DNA of 64,000 nucleotides from Eledone cirrhosa (lineage: Eukaryota), in contig OZ024744.1 in the NCBI GenBank assembly GCA_964016885.1, positions 95,852,001 through 95,916,000 of the forward strand. The letters are read 5' to 3'. The first letter of the stretch is position 1; each line of letters opens with the position of its first letter. The notes under the pieces were generated by a model. That model ran no database searches. It saw nothing but the letters and a program-made list of their open reading frames with translations, and was not told the origin of the DNA. Made by a program: the position numbers and the translations under genes. Positions 26,906 through 39,844 of the stretch are shown in pieces.

Positions 26906-27243
26906 GGAGGCACATGGCTTAGTGGTTAGAGCATTGGGCTTGCAATCGAAAGGTTGTGAGTTCAATTATCAGACCGGGTGATGTGTTGTGTCCTTGAGCA
27001 AGACACTTTATTTCACATTGCTCCAGTTTACTCAGCTGTAGAAATGAGATGATAGGGACTGGGGTCCCTATCATTCCACTGTAAAGTGGTTATGATGGTG
27101 ACACAACAAAAAGCACCCAGCACTCACTGTAAATGAGGTTGGTGTTAGGAAGGGCATCCAGCTGTAGAAATGAAGCCAGAATCAGTTCCCATCCCACCCT
27201 TGCAAGCAGGGAAAAAGTGGACGTAAAATGATGATGATGATGA
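26906..27243 (+). mobile_element. tRNA-derived CORE-type SINE family B (~330 bp) with an RTE-like 3' tail
   Basis: A box TGGCTTAGTGG, B box GTTCAATT, CORE-like ccttgagcaagacactttatttcacattgctccag, and tail cccacccttgcaagcagggaaaa.cggacgtaaaa(tga)n. Other copies at ~30234, 32110, 36223, 47410(-), 48222(-), 59126 and 59651(-). Confidence 0.9.
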
Positions 27244-27711
27244 TATGTTACATGTTGAAAGAAGGGTTTCAAGTGAGGTTCCTTGGAGTTTTGTTGTTAT
27301 TCCTCATCCACCTCATCCTCCACCTCCTCCTCCTGAATGACCATGGGTTTGTACATCCGAGGCACAAGCCTGGTCAAGGTGTTTTTGTGGAAGACCAGCA
27401 GTCACCCATGCATATCAGTCTATCTTCTCCACATCACTGATATTGTCTAAGGAAAAGGCAATGGCTGATACAGCTTGGCTGTAATCATCATCATCATTTA
27501 ACGTCCATCTTCCACGTTAGCATGGGCAGGGTGGGCTGTCCTTTTGTGAGATATCAGCTTGGAGGACAGTGTTTCAGTCCCACAGAACTGATTTTGGCTT
27601 GGTTTCTATGGCTGAATGCCCTTCCTAATGCCAACCACATTTACATAGTGTATATATATATATATATATATATATATTTAAAAGAATAGAGGTGTAACAC
27701 ACGAGTTATGA

Positions 27712-29004
27712 TATATTGGTAAACGGAAAAGAAAATGCTGACAAATTGTTCACAGTGAAAAATAGTTTAATTAGGAATAAGTGAAAATTAGTAATAGTAT
27801 TGGTTAGTATTCAGTTTTGGTTTTAAGTTTTACCGGTTGCGCATTTCTAATGCTTTTCAAAAATAATTTTGAGTTAGAGCGCCCGTGATGTTTGCTCTAA
27901 TCTGATTAGTTTTGGGAATTCTACCTGTTTTTATGTGAAAAAAGTGGCTCCAGAGGTATTAAAATAAGTTTCGCGCCAATTCGTGTTGCAAAAATTCTTG
28001 TGGTCAAAACAATTTTGATTGGTCGGTAGAGGTCATGTGAATGTTAAAAATTGATTTTGCGCCAAATGTAGGTTTGTGTCGGCTGATTGAGAAGTCACTG
28101 AAAAATAAGTCTTTCAAAATAAATATGTGTGTGTGTGTGTGTAGTAGTAGTAGTAAAATACGGGAATACAGGAAAAAACCACTGAGTGAACACATTGATA
28201 CCTGTGCTGCTCAAAATCATCCAAACTTCAGAATCTTTCCCCTCTACAAATTTAAAGATAATGCCACCCACACCCAGCGCATCAGCAAGGAATCTTATTT
28301 TATTAACAAATACGGACCCCGTCTAAACACTTCTCCCTAAGACGAACCCACAACATACACACGTCAACATACATACCTACATCAGCATACATCTCTATCC
28401 ACATATAAACACAATGACATACGTAAACACACATGTTCTATGGTGCAACACAAATATACACAAATTTGCATATCTTTTGATGTCTATAGATATAAACGTG
28501 CCGACACACACACATAAACGCACACATGCATTGCACACTGATGGGCACATACATATTTATTTGTACACAAGTATTCCAATACGGCAAGGCCTAATGGATT
28601 CCCCTTGCAGTACGTACAATCTGGACACTCACACACACCTTGGTATTATGCCAATACTATATATCATTTCACACCTTTTATTATTAAGGTTTTTGATGTT
28701 CTATTGAGAGAATCGTTTTTACTGAAAATATCGAATAATGTACACCATTTTACCAGTATCACAAAATTACTGGTCCACCCACACACACACACACATTCTC
28801 ACACACACACACACATATATATATATACACACACACATATATACACACACACACATACACACGCGTACATTAACATACAAAGAGACATATACACACACAC
28901 ACACACACTTGTCTTAATAGGCATTTGAACTGTCAACAGGCTGCGGTTCGCACACACATCTCTGCTGACCATTATCACAACAACGAACCTCTTTACTACT
29001 ACTA

Positions 29005-29040
<36 letters not shown>

Positions 29041-29451
29041 TTGTTTTGAAAGACTTATTTTTCAGTGACTTCTCAATCAGCCGAGACAAACCTACATTTG
29101 GCGCAAAATCAATTTTTAACATTCACATGACCTCTACTGACCAATCAAAATTGTTTTGACCACAAGAATTTTTGCAACACGAATTGGTGCGAAACTTATT
29201 TTAATACCTCTGGAGCCACATTTTTAACATAAAAACAGGTAGAATTTCCAAAACTAATCAGATTAGAGCAAACATCACGGACGCTCTATCTCAAAATTAT
29301 TTTTGAAAAGCATTAGAAATGCGCAACCGGTAAAACTTAAAACCAAAACTGAATACTAACCAATACTATTACTAATTTTCACTTATTCCTAATTAAACTA
29401 TTTTTCACTGTGAACAATTTGTCAGCATTTTCTTTTCCGTTTACCAATATA
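27712..29451. mobile_element. Penelope-like element remnant: ~450-bp inverted arms (27712-28157, 28992-29451) enclosing a GIY-YIG C-terminal fragment
   Basis: Arms are reverse complements; flanked by (TA)n. Each arm carries a decayed hammerhead UUGAAAA-GCAUU(aga)AAUGC-GCAA-CCGG-UA. Confidence 0.75.
28158..28340 (+). pseudogene. C-terminal fragment of a Penelope-type GIY-YIG endonuclease
   Basis: PLSEHIDTC...FRIFPLYK...R...E.YFINKY.P.LN* resembles the H..C / R...E..I.....P.LN end of PLE ORFs. Confidence 0.7.
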
Positions 29452-29676
29452 AATATATATATATATATATAAATATGTATACGTACATACATATATGTGT
29501 ACAGACGTACAGTAGTATGTATATATATATACATACATCAACACATATATATATGTACGTATGGGTTTACCGAACATTTATTATAATGCTCGGTGTGTTT
29601 GTAAACAAACAGCCCGAATTAAGCCATGCAGTGTCTAGCAACCATCGTTGCCCTTTTGTTCAACACTGACAAAGGA

Positions 29677-29719
29677 ACGATGTACTAGTTTCAAGCTTAT
29701 TAGCTATCATCAGCATCGT
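29677..29719 (-). ncRNA. Minimal type-I hammerhead ribozyme with GUA site
   Basis: ACGAUG-CUGAUGA-U-AGCU(aaua)AGCU-U-GAAA-CUAG-UA-CAUCGU: perfect 6-bp stem I and palindromic ACUAGU stem III. Confidence 0.8.
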
Positions 29720-32700
29720 ATACCTTTCTGTCAGATGATTGAACGTCTGAAAGTATATACTTTCCTTATGCATATTAATGGTTGAGCAGCCTAATTTGCA
29801 TATTGAGTGAGCTAGTCGGCCGGGCATACAGACAATGATAAATTGAAAAGAATGAAACAAAATTTCATTTCTCACTCTTAGTACGGCTGATACCTAAATA
29901 TAAGTATGTATACGTACATTCATATATGTGTACAGACGCACAGTCGTATGTATATATATATATACATACATGCACATATATATACACATATATATATATA
30001 TATATATATTGTAGAAATGAGATGATAGGGACTCCAGTCCCTATCATTCCACTGTAAGGTGGATGTGTAGGTGCCACGGCAAAAAAGCACCCAGCACTCA
30101 CTGTAAATGAAGTTGGTGTTAGGAAGGGCATCCAGCTGTAGAAATCAAGCTAGAATCAGTTCCCGTCCCACCCTTGCAAGCAGGGAAAAAGTGGACGTAA
30201 AATGAAATGATGAAATGATGATGATACATATATGGAGGCACATGGCTTAGTGGTTAGAGCATTGGGCTTGCAATCTAAAGGTTGTGAGTTCAATTCTCAG
30301 AACGGGTGGTGTGTTTTTTCCTTGAGCAAGACACTTTATTTCACATTGCTCCAGTTTACTCAACTGTAGAAATGAGATGATAGGGACTGGGGTCCTTATC
30401 ATTCCACTGTAAAGTCGTCGTGGAGGTGCCACGGCAAAAAAGCACCCAGTACTCACTGTAAATGAGGTTGGTGTTAGGAAGGGCATCCAGCTGTAGAAAT
30501 CAAGCCAGAATCAGTTCCCGTCCCACCCTTGCAAGCAGGGAAAAAGCGGACGTAAAATGAAATGATGAAATGATGTTGATACATATATATATATATATAC
30601 ATCATCATCATCATCATCATCATCATTTCATAGATACAGATACAGATACATGCACTATGTATACACTATTTTGTTACCAATTTCCAACTGTTTTGAAGGC
30701 CATATTCATTCAAAACACAAAAAAAAAACAATAGGAAAAATAAATTTCACCTTTAAAGTGAAACTGGTGTAATATTCTCTTCCAAAGTGTAACTGGTGTA
30801 ATATTCATTTCCAAAATGAAACTGGTGTAACATTCACTTCCACATGAAACTGGCACAATATTCACCTCGAAAGTGAAAATATTTTAGCTCCTCATTTACA
30901 TAGAATTTGACGTCGAATATAAGCAGAGCCCTCATTTTACCATCAATAGTTTTGTTACATATTTCTTGGCTTATATATGAGCATGTATGGTAACTTTCTC
31001 ATTTTTAAGCTGCTCTTAATTAAAATTTTTTGGGGGGATTCTCAATCATGGGGTTGTCAGTTCGATTCCTCGACTGGGCAATGCGTTATGTCCTTGAACA
31101 AGACACTTTATTTCACTTTGCTCCTTCTATCTGGAGTTGCGGCCGATAGATAGTATTAGCAATTGGAAAGACCAACGGAAACATTGTTTCCTCGGTCCGA
31201 TTTGACAAAAGTTGTTCGACTTCCCTAATTAAAATTATAATGGAAGAATGTTAGATAAATTTTAAAGTAAACCTGTTTTTGTATTGTAGAACTAGGGACA
31301 GTTTCAGATGGTTTGGTACGAAAAGGGTTAAAAATTGTTTGGTGCAGTAATATGTCACGTATATGTTGGGACCCTAAAATGTTGGTACCATAATACATGA
31401 TGGATCTAATGTATTCTATGTATTAAGTGGGTGCGAATAGATTGTTAGTTTGTTTGCTTAGTTCATTTGTGATAGTGTAGTAGGAGTTATGAGATGTGTT
31501 GATTATTTTGAACGAGTGAGGGGGTTTGCTGGTGGAATCCATGGCAAGTGAGTAAAGTGTGTCTCAGTGAGTAGAGAGAATTTCTTGGATGTCTTGCCAG
31601 GATCGATAAAACCACTTGTCGTGGTCGTGTGATTTTGCCACGGGGAAGACAATTTTCCTCAACTACAATTTTTTTTACACACACTGATGCATATATGCAT
31701 ATGTGTGTATGTAAATGCATATATATACATTTATATGTATGAGTATATAAATATAAACGTGTAAACACAGACACACTTACAAAAATACACACTAACAGAC
31801 ATGTATTCACACAAACACACACATACATTCACACAAACACACACATACGCTGTAGTGTAGTGTTTTCACCATCCCCTTCCTTTCTTTTACTCACACATAC
31901 ATTCATGCATGCAGCAGTCATAAAGAGAGAGGAGTTGTATGAGGTAGTCAAACTACTCTTTCTGTACCTGATGTGACAGAATCGCAGAAATTTATATATA
32001 GATGACGTTGAAATGAATTTACAAATGAACAAAACACTGCAGATTTTATAAGTTTTTTATTGATATGATTGAGGCATATTATTGATTTTATTGATATTAT
32101 TGATATGATGGAGGCACATGGCTTAGTGGTTAGAGCATTGGCCTTGCAATCGAAAGGTTGTGAGTTCAATTCTCAGACCAGGTGATGTGTTGTTTCCTTG
32201 AGCAAGACACTTTATTTCACATTGCTCCAGTTTACTCAGCTGTAGAAATGAGATGATAGGGACCGGGGTCCCTATCATTCCACTGCAAAGTCGTCGTGGA
32301 GGTGCTACGGCAAAAAAGCACCCAGCACTCACTGTAAATGAGGTTGGTGTTAGGAAGGGCATCCAGCTGTAGAAATCAAGCCAGAATCAGTTCCCGTCCC
32401 ACCCTTACAAGCAGGGAAAAGCGGACGTACAATGATGATGATGATGATGATTATGATTAATGAAATCATGTGTAGTAAATAAACAATAGAAAGGTTTTTT
32501 TAAGACGATACCTAGTGTAATTGTAATGTATTTAACCCTTTAACTTTTACATTACTCTATATTTACTATTATATTTTCTTAGTAAAGGTTTTATCTCACA
32601 TAATTACCTCACATAATATTGAAGCTACGAGATTTTGATGTTATTTATTTTGAGAACAATATCTTAACAGTATGAGCGGCCAGTTATGGCTGGTTTGAAC

Positions 32701-32839
32701 AGATAGAGTTGAGAGAATTCTGGCCGGATATGGCCGGTTTAACTGCTAAAGGTTTAAGTTGGTTGAATTTGTATGTGTGTGAGTGAATGCAGAATCTAAA
32801 GTAGTGAATTCTACTAATCTTTTGTTGAAGTTGGTATGC

Positions 32840-33500
32840 ATGGTCAGAACAGCTGACCACAGGGGTAGGAATTGCTTGGCCAGCTTGGAAGCAAGAGTAG
32901 GTCTGTCTGCAGCTGAGTGATGAAGCTGACTGGACTTTCTGGGGTCAAGATTTCTTGTATTTATAATAGCTGGGTCCTTCCTTTACATCCTTTCTGCTCT
33001 TCAGGTAGTGTCTCCTCCAGATATTCATACATTGTCTCAGGAAGGACACCTGTTATAAGTTTCCATATAAGGAGTGGGGGAGGAGGTGGAGGCAAGAGAT
33101 AGGTCTAAAGTTGTCAACTGCGTTTCCATTGCTGGGGTCCTTCAAACACAAGATCGTTCTCTCAAAGGTTAGCCATTCAGGCAACCTCTCTTTTCTCCAT
33201 TCAAGATCTTATTCAGTTGCTCAGCAATTCTCCTATGAAAGGCTCTCAACTCTTTCATCCAGAACCCTTACACAGCGTCTCTGCCAGGAGCTTTCCAATT
33301 TGGTATCTTTCTACACTGGATATTTACCATATCAGTTGTTATCTCCAATTCTCCCTGTTGATTATCCCCCAATTTTTTTTAATGTTAGTCAGCCACTCGA
33401 CACTTCTATTGTGCTCTTTTCCTACACTCCAGATATCACTCCAAAACTTCTTACTTTCATCCACATCAGGACTTACATCGTCATTCCTAACCATGCCATT
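32840..33500 (-). mobile_element. Highly degenerate R4/Dong-like RT fragment
   Basis: Minus-strand [16 protein letters not shown] and LPEEQKGC remnants. Confidence 0.6.
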
Positions 33501-34463
33501 TATTTTCTGATAGAATCTCTTATTATTATTGATGGATTGGCAATAATCAGTAGAGGGTCAGACACCATGCTTTCCAGCATAGAGTTACGGCCCTTTATAG
33601 TCTGAGTGCAAATCCTGCCGAGGTTAACTTTGCCTTTCATCCTAACGGGGGTCGATAAAATAAAGTACCAGTAATGCACTGGAATAATTGCTGGCCTTGT
33701 GCCAAAAGTAGAAACAATTATTATGGATTGACAGTATCGTATCGTTAGAGCATCAGACATTATGCTTCGCGGCATAGAGTTACGGCCCTTTACGCTCTGA
33801 GTTCAAATCCCGCCAAGGTTAGCTTTACTTTTCATCTTCACAGGGTTGATAAAATAAAGAACCAGTAATGTACTGGGGGGTTGATATAATCAACGCTCTC
33901 CTCCCCCCAAAAATTGTTGGCCCTGTACCTAAATTAGAAACCATTATTATTATTATCATTGGCAGTATCGGTAGAGGGTCGGACGCCATGCTTTGACGTA
34001 TAGAGTTACGGCCCTTGCCATTCTGAGTTCCAATCCCGCCAAGGTTAACTTTGCCTTTCATCCTTACGGGGTCGATAAAATAAAGTACCAGTAATACACT
34101 GGGTAATTGCTGGCCTTGTGCCAAAACGTAGAAATAATAATTATTATTATCATTGTGGATTGGCAGTTTCGGTAGAGCCCCAGACACCATGCATCACAGC
34201 CTTCTGATTTCAAATCCTCTCGAGGTTAACTTTATCTTTCATCTTTACGGGGTCGATAGAATAAAGTACCAGTAATGCACTGACAGACATCATGCATCAC
34301 AGCATAGAGTTATAGCCTTCTGATTTCAAATCCTTTCGAGGTTAACTTTATCTTTTATCTTTACGGAGTCGATAGAATAAAGTACCAGTAATGCACTGAT
34401 GTTGATCTAATCGACTTTCTCGCTTTCTCCAAATTGCTGGCCTTGAGCCTATAGTAGAAATCA

Positions 34464-35769
34464 TCTATATATTAATACGCTAATACCTACGTACCGTACC
34501 ATACGTCCGGCCGTGTGTGTCACACTTTCGGTAATATAAATAAAAGTCGAATGACGTCCGTGAGACGTGCTAAAACAATGGAAGTGGGGTGGTAAACCAT
34601 CTACGAAAATCTATGGCGAAAGAAAATCAAAGAGTGTTGCAACGTGTTTGGAAAGGAGAGAGAGGGGGTTATAATATATTTAGAGAGAGGGGGTTATAAT
34701 ATAGAGAAAGGGATGGGTTATTATATATATATATATAGAGAGAGAGGGGGTTATAGTATATTTAAAGAGAAGGGGTTATAATATAGAGAAGAGGGTTATA
34801 ATATATATATATAGAGGGGGTTATAGTATATTTAAAGAGAGGGGTTTATAATATAGAGAAAGGGATGGGTTATTATATATATATATATATAGAGAGAGAG
34901 AGGGGGTTATAGTATATTTAAAGAGAGGGGGTTATAATATAGAGAAAGGGATGGATTATAATATACATATATAAAGAGAAGAGGGTTATAATATATATAT
35001 ATAGAGGGGTTTATAGTATATTTAAAGAGAGGGGTTTATAATATAGAGAAAGGGATGGGTTATTATATATATAGAGAGAAGAAGGTTATAATATATATAT
35101 AGAGGGGGTTATAGTATATTTAAAGAGAGGGGGTTATAATATAGAGAAAGGGATGGGTTATTATATATAGAGAGAGAAGAAGGTCATAATATATATATAT
35201 ATAGAGGGGGTTATAGTATATTTAAAGAGAGGGGTTTATAATATAGAGAAAGGGATGGCTTACAATATATATAATATAGAGAAGAGGGTTATAATATATA
35301 TATATATAGAGGGGGTTATAGTATATTTAAAGAGAGGGGTTTATAATATAGAGAAAGGGTTGGATTATAATATATATAATATAGAGAAGAGGGTTATAAT
35401 ATATATATATAGAGGGGGTTATAGTATATTTAAAGAGAGGGGTTTATAATATAGAGAAAGGGATGGATTATAATATATAGAGAGAAGGGTGTTATAATAT
35501 AGAGAAAGGGGTGGGTTATTATATTTAGAGAGAAAGGGGTTATACTATAGAGAAAGGAGGGTTAAAATATATATAGAGAAAGGAGGGTTAAAATATATAT
35601 AGAGAGAGGGGGTTAAATATATATATAGTGAGAGGGGTGTTATAATATATAGAAGGGTGGTTTTAATATATAGAGAAAGGGTTGGGTTTATATATATATA
35701 GAGAGGAGGGGGTTTTAATATATTTAGAGAGAGGGCATTATACGTGAATTTTTTCATGGGTCCAGCTAG
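34464..35769 (+). mobile_element. Non-autonomous Helitron containing a ~1.1-kb AG/AT minisatellite (34655-35735)
   Basis: A|TCTATATATTAATAC 5' end; 3' hairpin CGTGAA(ttt)TTCATG followed by CTAG|T; no TSD. Confidence 0.75.
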
Positions 35770-36582
35770 TTATTATTATTGGGGTGGTTGATTGTTAGTA
35801 TTGTCCAAGTGTTGAACAACCTGCTTTGCAGCATAGAGTTATGGCCCTTTATGTTCTGAATTCAGATCCCGTCAAGGTTAGCTTTGCCTTTAATCCTTAC
35901 GAGATTAATAAAGTAAAGTACCAGTCACGCACTGGAGTCAATTTAATCGACTTTCCCCTCCCCCCAAATTACTGGCCTTGTGCCTATATAAGAAACCATT
36001 ATTATTATTATTATTAGGGTGGTGGATTGGCAGTATCGGTAGAGGGTCGGATGCCATGCTTTGATGCATAGAGTTACGGCCCTTGCCATTCTGAGTTCAA
36101 ATCCCGCCAAGGTTAACTTTGCCTTTCATCCTTACGGGGTCGATAAAATAAAGTACCAGTAATACACTGGGTAATTGCTGGCCTTGTGCCAAAAGTAGAA
36201 ACAATTATTATTATCATTAGATGGAGGCACATGGCTTAGTGATTAGAGCATTGGCCTCACAATCGAAAGGTTGTGAGTTCAATTCTCAGACCGGGTGATG
36301 TGTTGTTTCCTTGAGCAAGACACTTTATTTCACATTGCTCCAGTTTACTCAGTTGTAGAAATGAGATGATAGGGACTGGGGTCCCTATCATTCCACTGCA
36401 AAGTGGTCGTGGAGGTGCCATGGAAAAAAAGCACCCAGCACTCACTGTAAATGAGTTGGTGTTAGGAAGGGCATCCAGCTGTAGAAATCAAGCCAGAATC
36501 AGTTCCCGTCCCACCCTTGCAAGCAGGGAAAAGCGGACATAAAATGATGATGATGATGATCATTATTTTTGTTTTTTTTCAG

Positions 36583-36647
36583 AGAACTATGATAAATTAC
36601 ATCCTGATGACTTTAGTCCTGGTTGGAGCCTGCTTAATACAAAAAAG
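36583..36647 (+). CDS. HHAT: HHAT-family coding exon 2 (65 nt): (E)NYDKLHPDDFSPGWSLLNTKK
   Basis: Acceptor gttttttttcag and donor AAG|gtttgt. Phase 1 matches the previous exon (154+65=219 nt). PGW....KK matches the HHAT/HHATL PGW..G.K(M/K)D motif. Confidence 0.82.
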
Positions 36648-36809
36648 GTTTGTTATGTTATTCTTAATATCAAGAATATTTTAATGTGTGTGTTTACTTA
36701 AGTATTTTGCAAGCATCAAATTTAAGAATTGAAGAAGGGGGTAAGTTTTGTCATACTAACATTTACTGCCTTTCAGGTCAACAGTTGTAAGCAGGAAATG
36801 GTATATATA

Positions 36810-36842
36810 CTAGCAGAATGGCCCGGCGTTGCTCAGGATTTG
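36810..36842 (-). mobile_element. Helitron 3'-end fragment
   Basis: Minus strand cctgagcaacgccggg hairpin followed by CTAG|T. Confidence 0.5.
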
Positions 36843-36955
36843 CTCTAGGGTTCTTATATATTTGATATATATTTATCCTTATCGAGCCTCATGAAATAAA
36901 TACGTTTGTTTACATTTTGTTATTGTGTATGCAAAAATATCTGTATACGAATATA

Positions 36956-37016
<61 letters not shown>

Positions 37017-38047
37017 TAAAATAATAGATTAAAGTTTAAACAAATAATTGCTGCTTTCAACCTTAACGGGATCTTCTGAAACTAAAAAAAAATCAATCTG
37101 TGAATGCAGAAGTAAATATTTCGAAAAACGTTTCACACTATATATATATATATACACACTATATATACATACATGATGATGATGATATATATATATATAT
37201 GTGTGTGTGGGTGGGTGATATTGATGGATGAGAGAATGAGTACTCAATACTGAAGTAGACTTAGTTTAGATATTCCTTTATTATGGCTAAGTGATGTCTT
37301 GTTACTCTAGAGTTTCACATGTCTTCTCACAGGATCAGTACACAGTGAAACTCCAATGTAATAAGATTTATCACTTAGTCACAAAGACACATCAACCTTC
37401 TTAGTGTTGGTGATCTAGATTATAAATGCAACCAGCACATACTGTAAAGTGGTTGGCAATAGGAAGGGCATCCAATCATAGAAAACTTGCCAAACAAGGG
37501 TTGGGAGGTCCTTCAGACATGGCAATTTCTCCTCTGCTCTCAATATGACCGTCTGTGAGGTCAGTACCCCCGCTTCAGTACTGACCTGGTCTATGTAGAT
37601 ACTATGTAGACATGTCTAATCCTTGCTTGCAGGGAAAGCAGATATTAAATGATGATGATGAGGATGATGAGATATCATCATCATCATCATCATCATTAGC
37701 ATTTCTATCTAGTCCACTTTTTCATGCTGGCAAGGGTTCAATGTGAAGATTTGAGATAATGTTTTACAGCTAGACGACCTTCATATATTCATATATCATC
37801 ATCATCATCATCATCAACGTTTAACGTCCGTGTTCCACGCTTGCATGGGTTTGGACGGGAGTTTTCCCACTTGAGGCAAGAGTGATTGTCTTGCTCGCAT
37901 AGGACTGTCTGGCGGGTTTTCTACAGTTGGATGCCCTTCCTAACACCAACCACATTTACAGTGTGGGTCTGGGAGGTTTTTACCGTGTTGCCTACACGGC
38001 CACATTACAGCGTGGACTGTGTGTTTTTTTGTCGTGACACCTACACG

Positions 38048-38090
<43 letters not shown>

Positions 38091-38094
<4 letters not shown>

Positions 38095-38422
38095 ACAGGA
38101 GGCTGGACTGGTGTAAATCTTCGAAAGGTTCATTATACTATGATCATTTCAATGACCGGGTTCAGTATTTCAGTATTTCAATGACCGGGTTCATTTCGGT
38201 AACATCAGGTATTCGAAATATAACAAAGGAATATAACAGACAAAATCCATGGGGCTGAAAATCAGAGTCAAGAGGACGACCGACTATTTAGCAGCTTCTA
38301 CCTCAGTCGGTCTCCCTCGAATACCTGATGATGTCACCAGATTCATAATGAACCAGTCATTGAAATGATCATAGTATAATGAATTTTTCGAGGATTTACA
38401 CCAGTCCAGCCTCCTGTTATTT
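38091..38422. repeat. Fold-back element with a hammerhead-like motif at 38321-38377 (+)
   Basis: Arms ~38091-38220 and ~38318-38422. AUAC-CUGAUGA-(30 nt)-GAAA-UGAUCA-UA-GUAU with palindromic AUGAUCAU stem III; stem II is irregular. Confidence 0.6.
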
Positions 38423-38584
38423 TATAATAATTAACTCCGTACTCGCACCACCAACTACACAAACGAAGACGGGTGAGTTGCATTACGTTGAGTACTCTCC
38501 ATAATATTACATCAAGATTGACCATACGGAATGACCAGTTCTATCCAGTGGTGAACCAACTAACCTAAATAAAATATAGATATA

Positions 38585-38777
38585 GGAACAAGTATGACCC
38601 CGACGGCAGAGCTCAAGCCGTTTCGACGGCTATTTCTGGACTAAGTAAAAATTTTTAGCCTGGTAAATAAATAGCCAAATAGTTTGGCTATTTATTTACC
38701 AGACTAAAAATACTTCCTTAGTCCAGAAATAGACATAGAAACAGCTTGAGCTCTGCCGTCGTGGTCATACTTGTTCC
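38585..38777. repeat. ~190-bp hairpin (inverted repeat)
   Basis: ggaacaagtatgacc...ccaaa-ta-gtttgg...ggtcatacttgttcc. Confidence 0.85.
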
Positions 38778-39119
38778 GATTACCCACTCTACTACACTAA
38801 GTATTGAGTACTTTGGTGCGTTATGGTCCATCTGATTCCTTACCACAATTCCTTCGTTATATATATATATATATATAGATATAGATACTTCAATGAAAAT
38901 AGAAGTCTGGATTCCTATATATTCCTTTAATGTTGCAAAAATCACAATACATATTTCTATGGCTTGTTTATGACATTAGATCATGTAAGACTTTTGGCGA
39001 TGTCATATATATATAAACAGTGAGTTATATGCTTTGTTGTTAAATATTCAACAGAATTATGTTCATAACAGATATTAAGCACTCTATACTTAAATTTTAT
39101 CTGGAGTATTATAATATTA

Positions 39120-39825
39120 ACAATAGTAATAAATGAAAAATATCACTATAGCATCATATTTATTATTATTATACATATTATATAAAGGGCGGTGGATTGG
39201 CAGTATCGGTAGAGGGTTGGGCGCCATGCTTTCCAGCATAGTTACGTCCCTTTACGATCTGAGTTCAAATCCCGCCGAGGTTGACTTTGCCTTTCATCCT
39301 TACGGGGTCGATAAAATAAAGTACCAGTAATGCACTGGGTAATTGCTGGCCTTGTGCCTAAAGTAGAAACAATTATTATAGGTGGTGGATTGGCAGTATC
39401 GGTAGAGGGTTGGACGCCATGCTTTCCAACATAGTTACGTCCCTTTACGATCTGAGTTCAAATCCCGCCGAGGTTGACTTTGCCTTTCATCCTTACGGGG
39501 TCGATAAAATAAAGTACCAGTAATGCACTGGTTAATTGTTGGCCTTGTGCCTAAAGTAGAAATAATTATTATTATACATATTTCAAGGATAGTAAATTTC
39601 ATAAGATGAAATACAATATTTGATGTATAAGATATTGAAATACCCAAAGTATAAACCTCCGTTGAAAGTTGACCGTTGAGGTCTATATTTTGAGTATGTC
39701 ACTATCTTGTACTTCAAATATTGTATTTTATCTGATGAAAGCATACTATAATTTAGTATCCTTGAAATATGTATAATAAAATAAATATGATGCTATAGTG
39801 ATATTTTCCATTTATTACTATTGTT
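39120..39825. repeat. Older fold-back element; left arm interrupted by two tandem family-A SINEs
   Basis: acaatagtaataaatg...gcatcatatttatt vs aataaatatgatgc...catttattactattgt. attattattatacatatt is duplicated around the SINE pair. Confidence 0.75.
39724..39783 (+). ncRNA. Minimal type-I hammerhead ribozyme, sense to the HHAT pre-mRNA
   Basis: UAUUUUAU-CUGAUGA-AAGcAUACUA(uaauu)UAGUAUcCUU-GAAA-UAUGUA-UA-AUAAAAUA: perfect 8-bp stem I. Confidence 0.78.
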
Positions 39826-39844
39826 TATATATATATATGTATAT

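Noticed and set aside
26906-26980. tRNA genes at SINE heads
   Set aside because: They have A/B boxes but run into CORE and LINE-derived tails in many copies, so they are SINEs, not tRNAs.
34655-35735. Telomeric repeat
   Set aside because: GGGTTA occurs only within longer irregular units; there is no (TTAGGG)n array.
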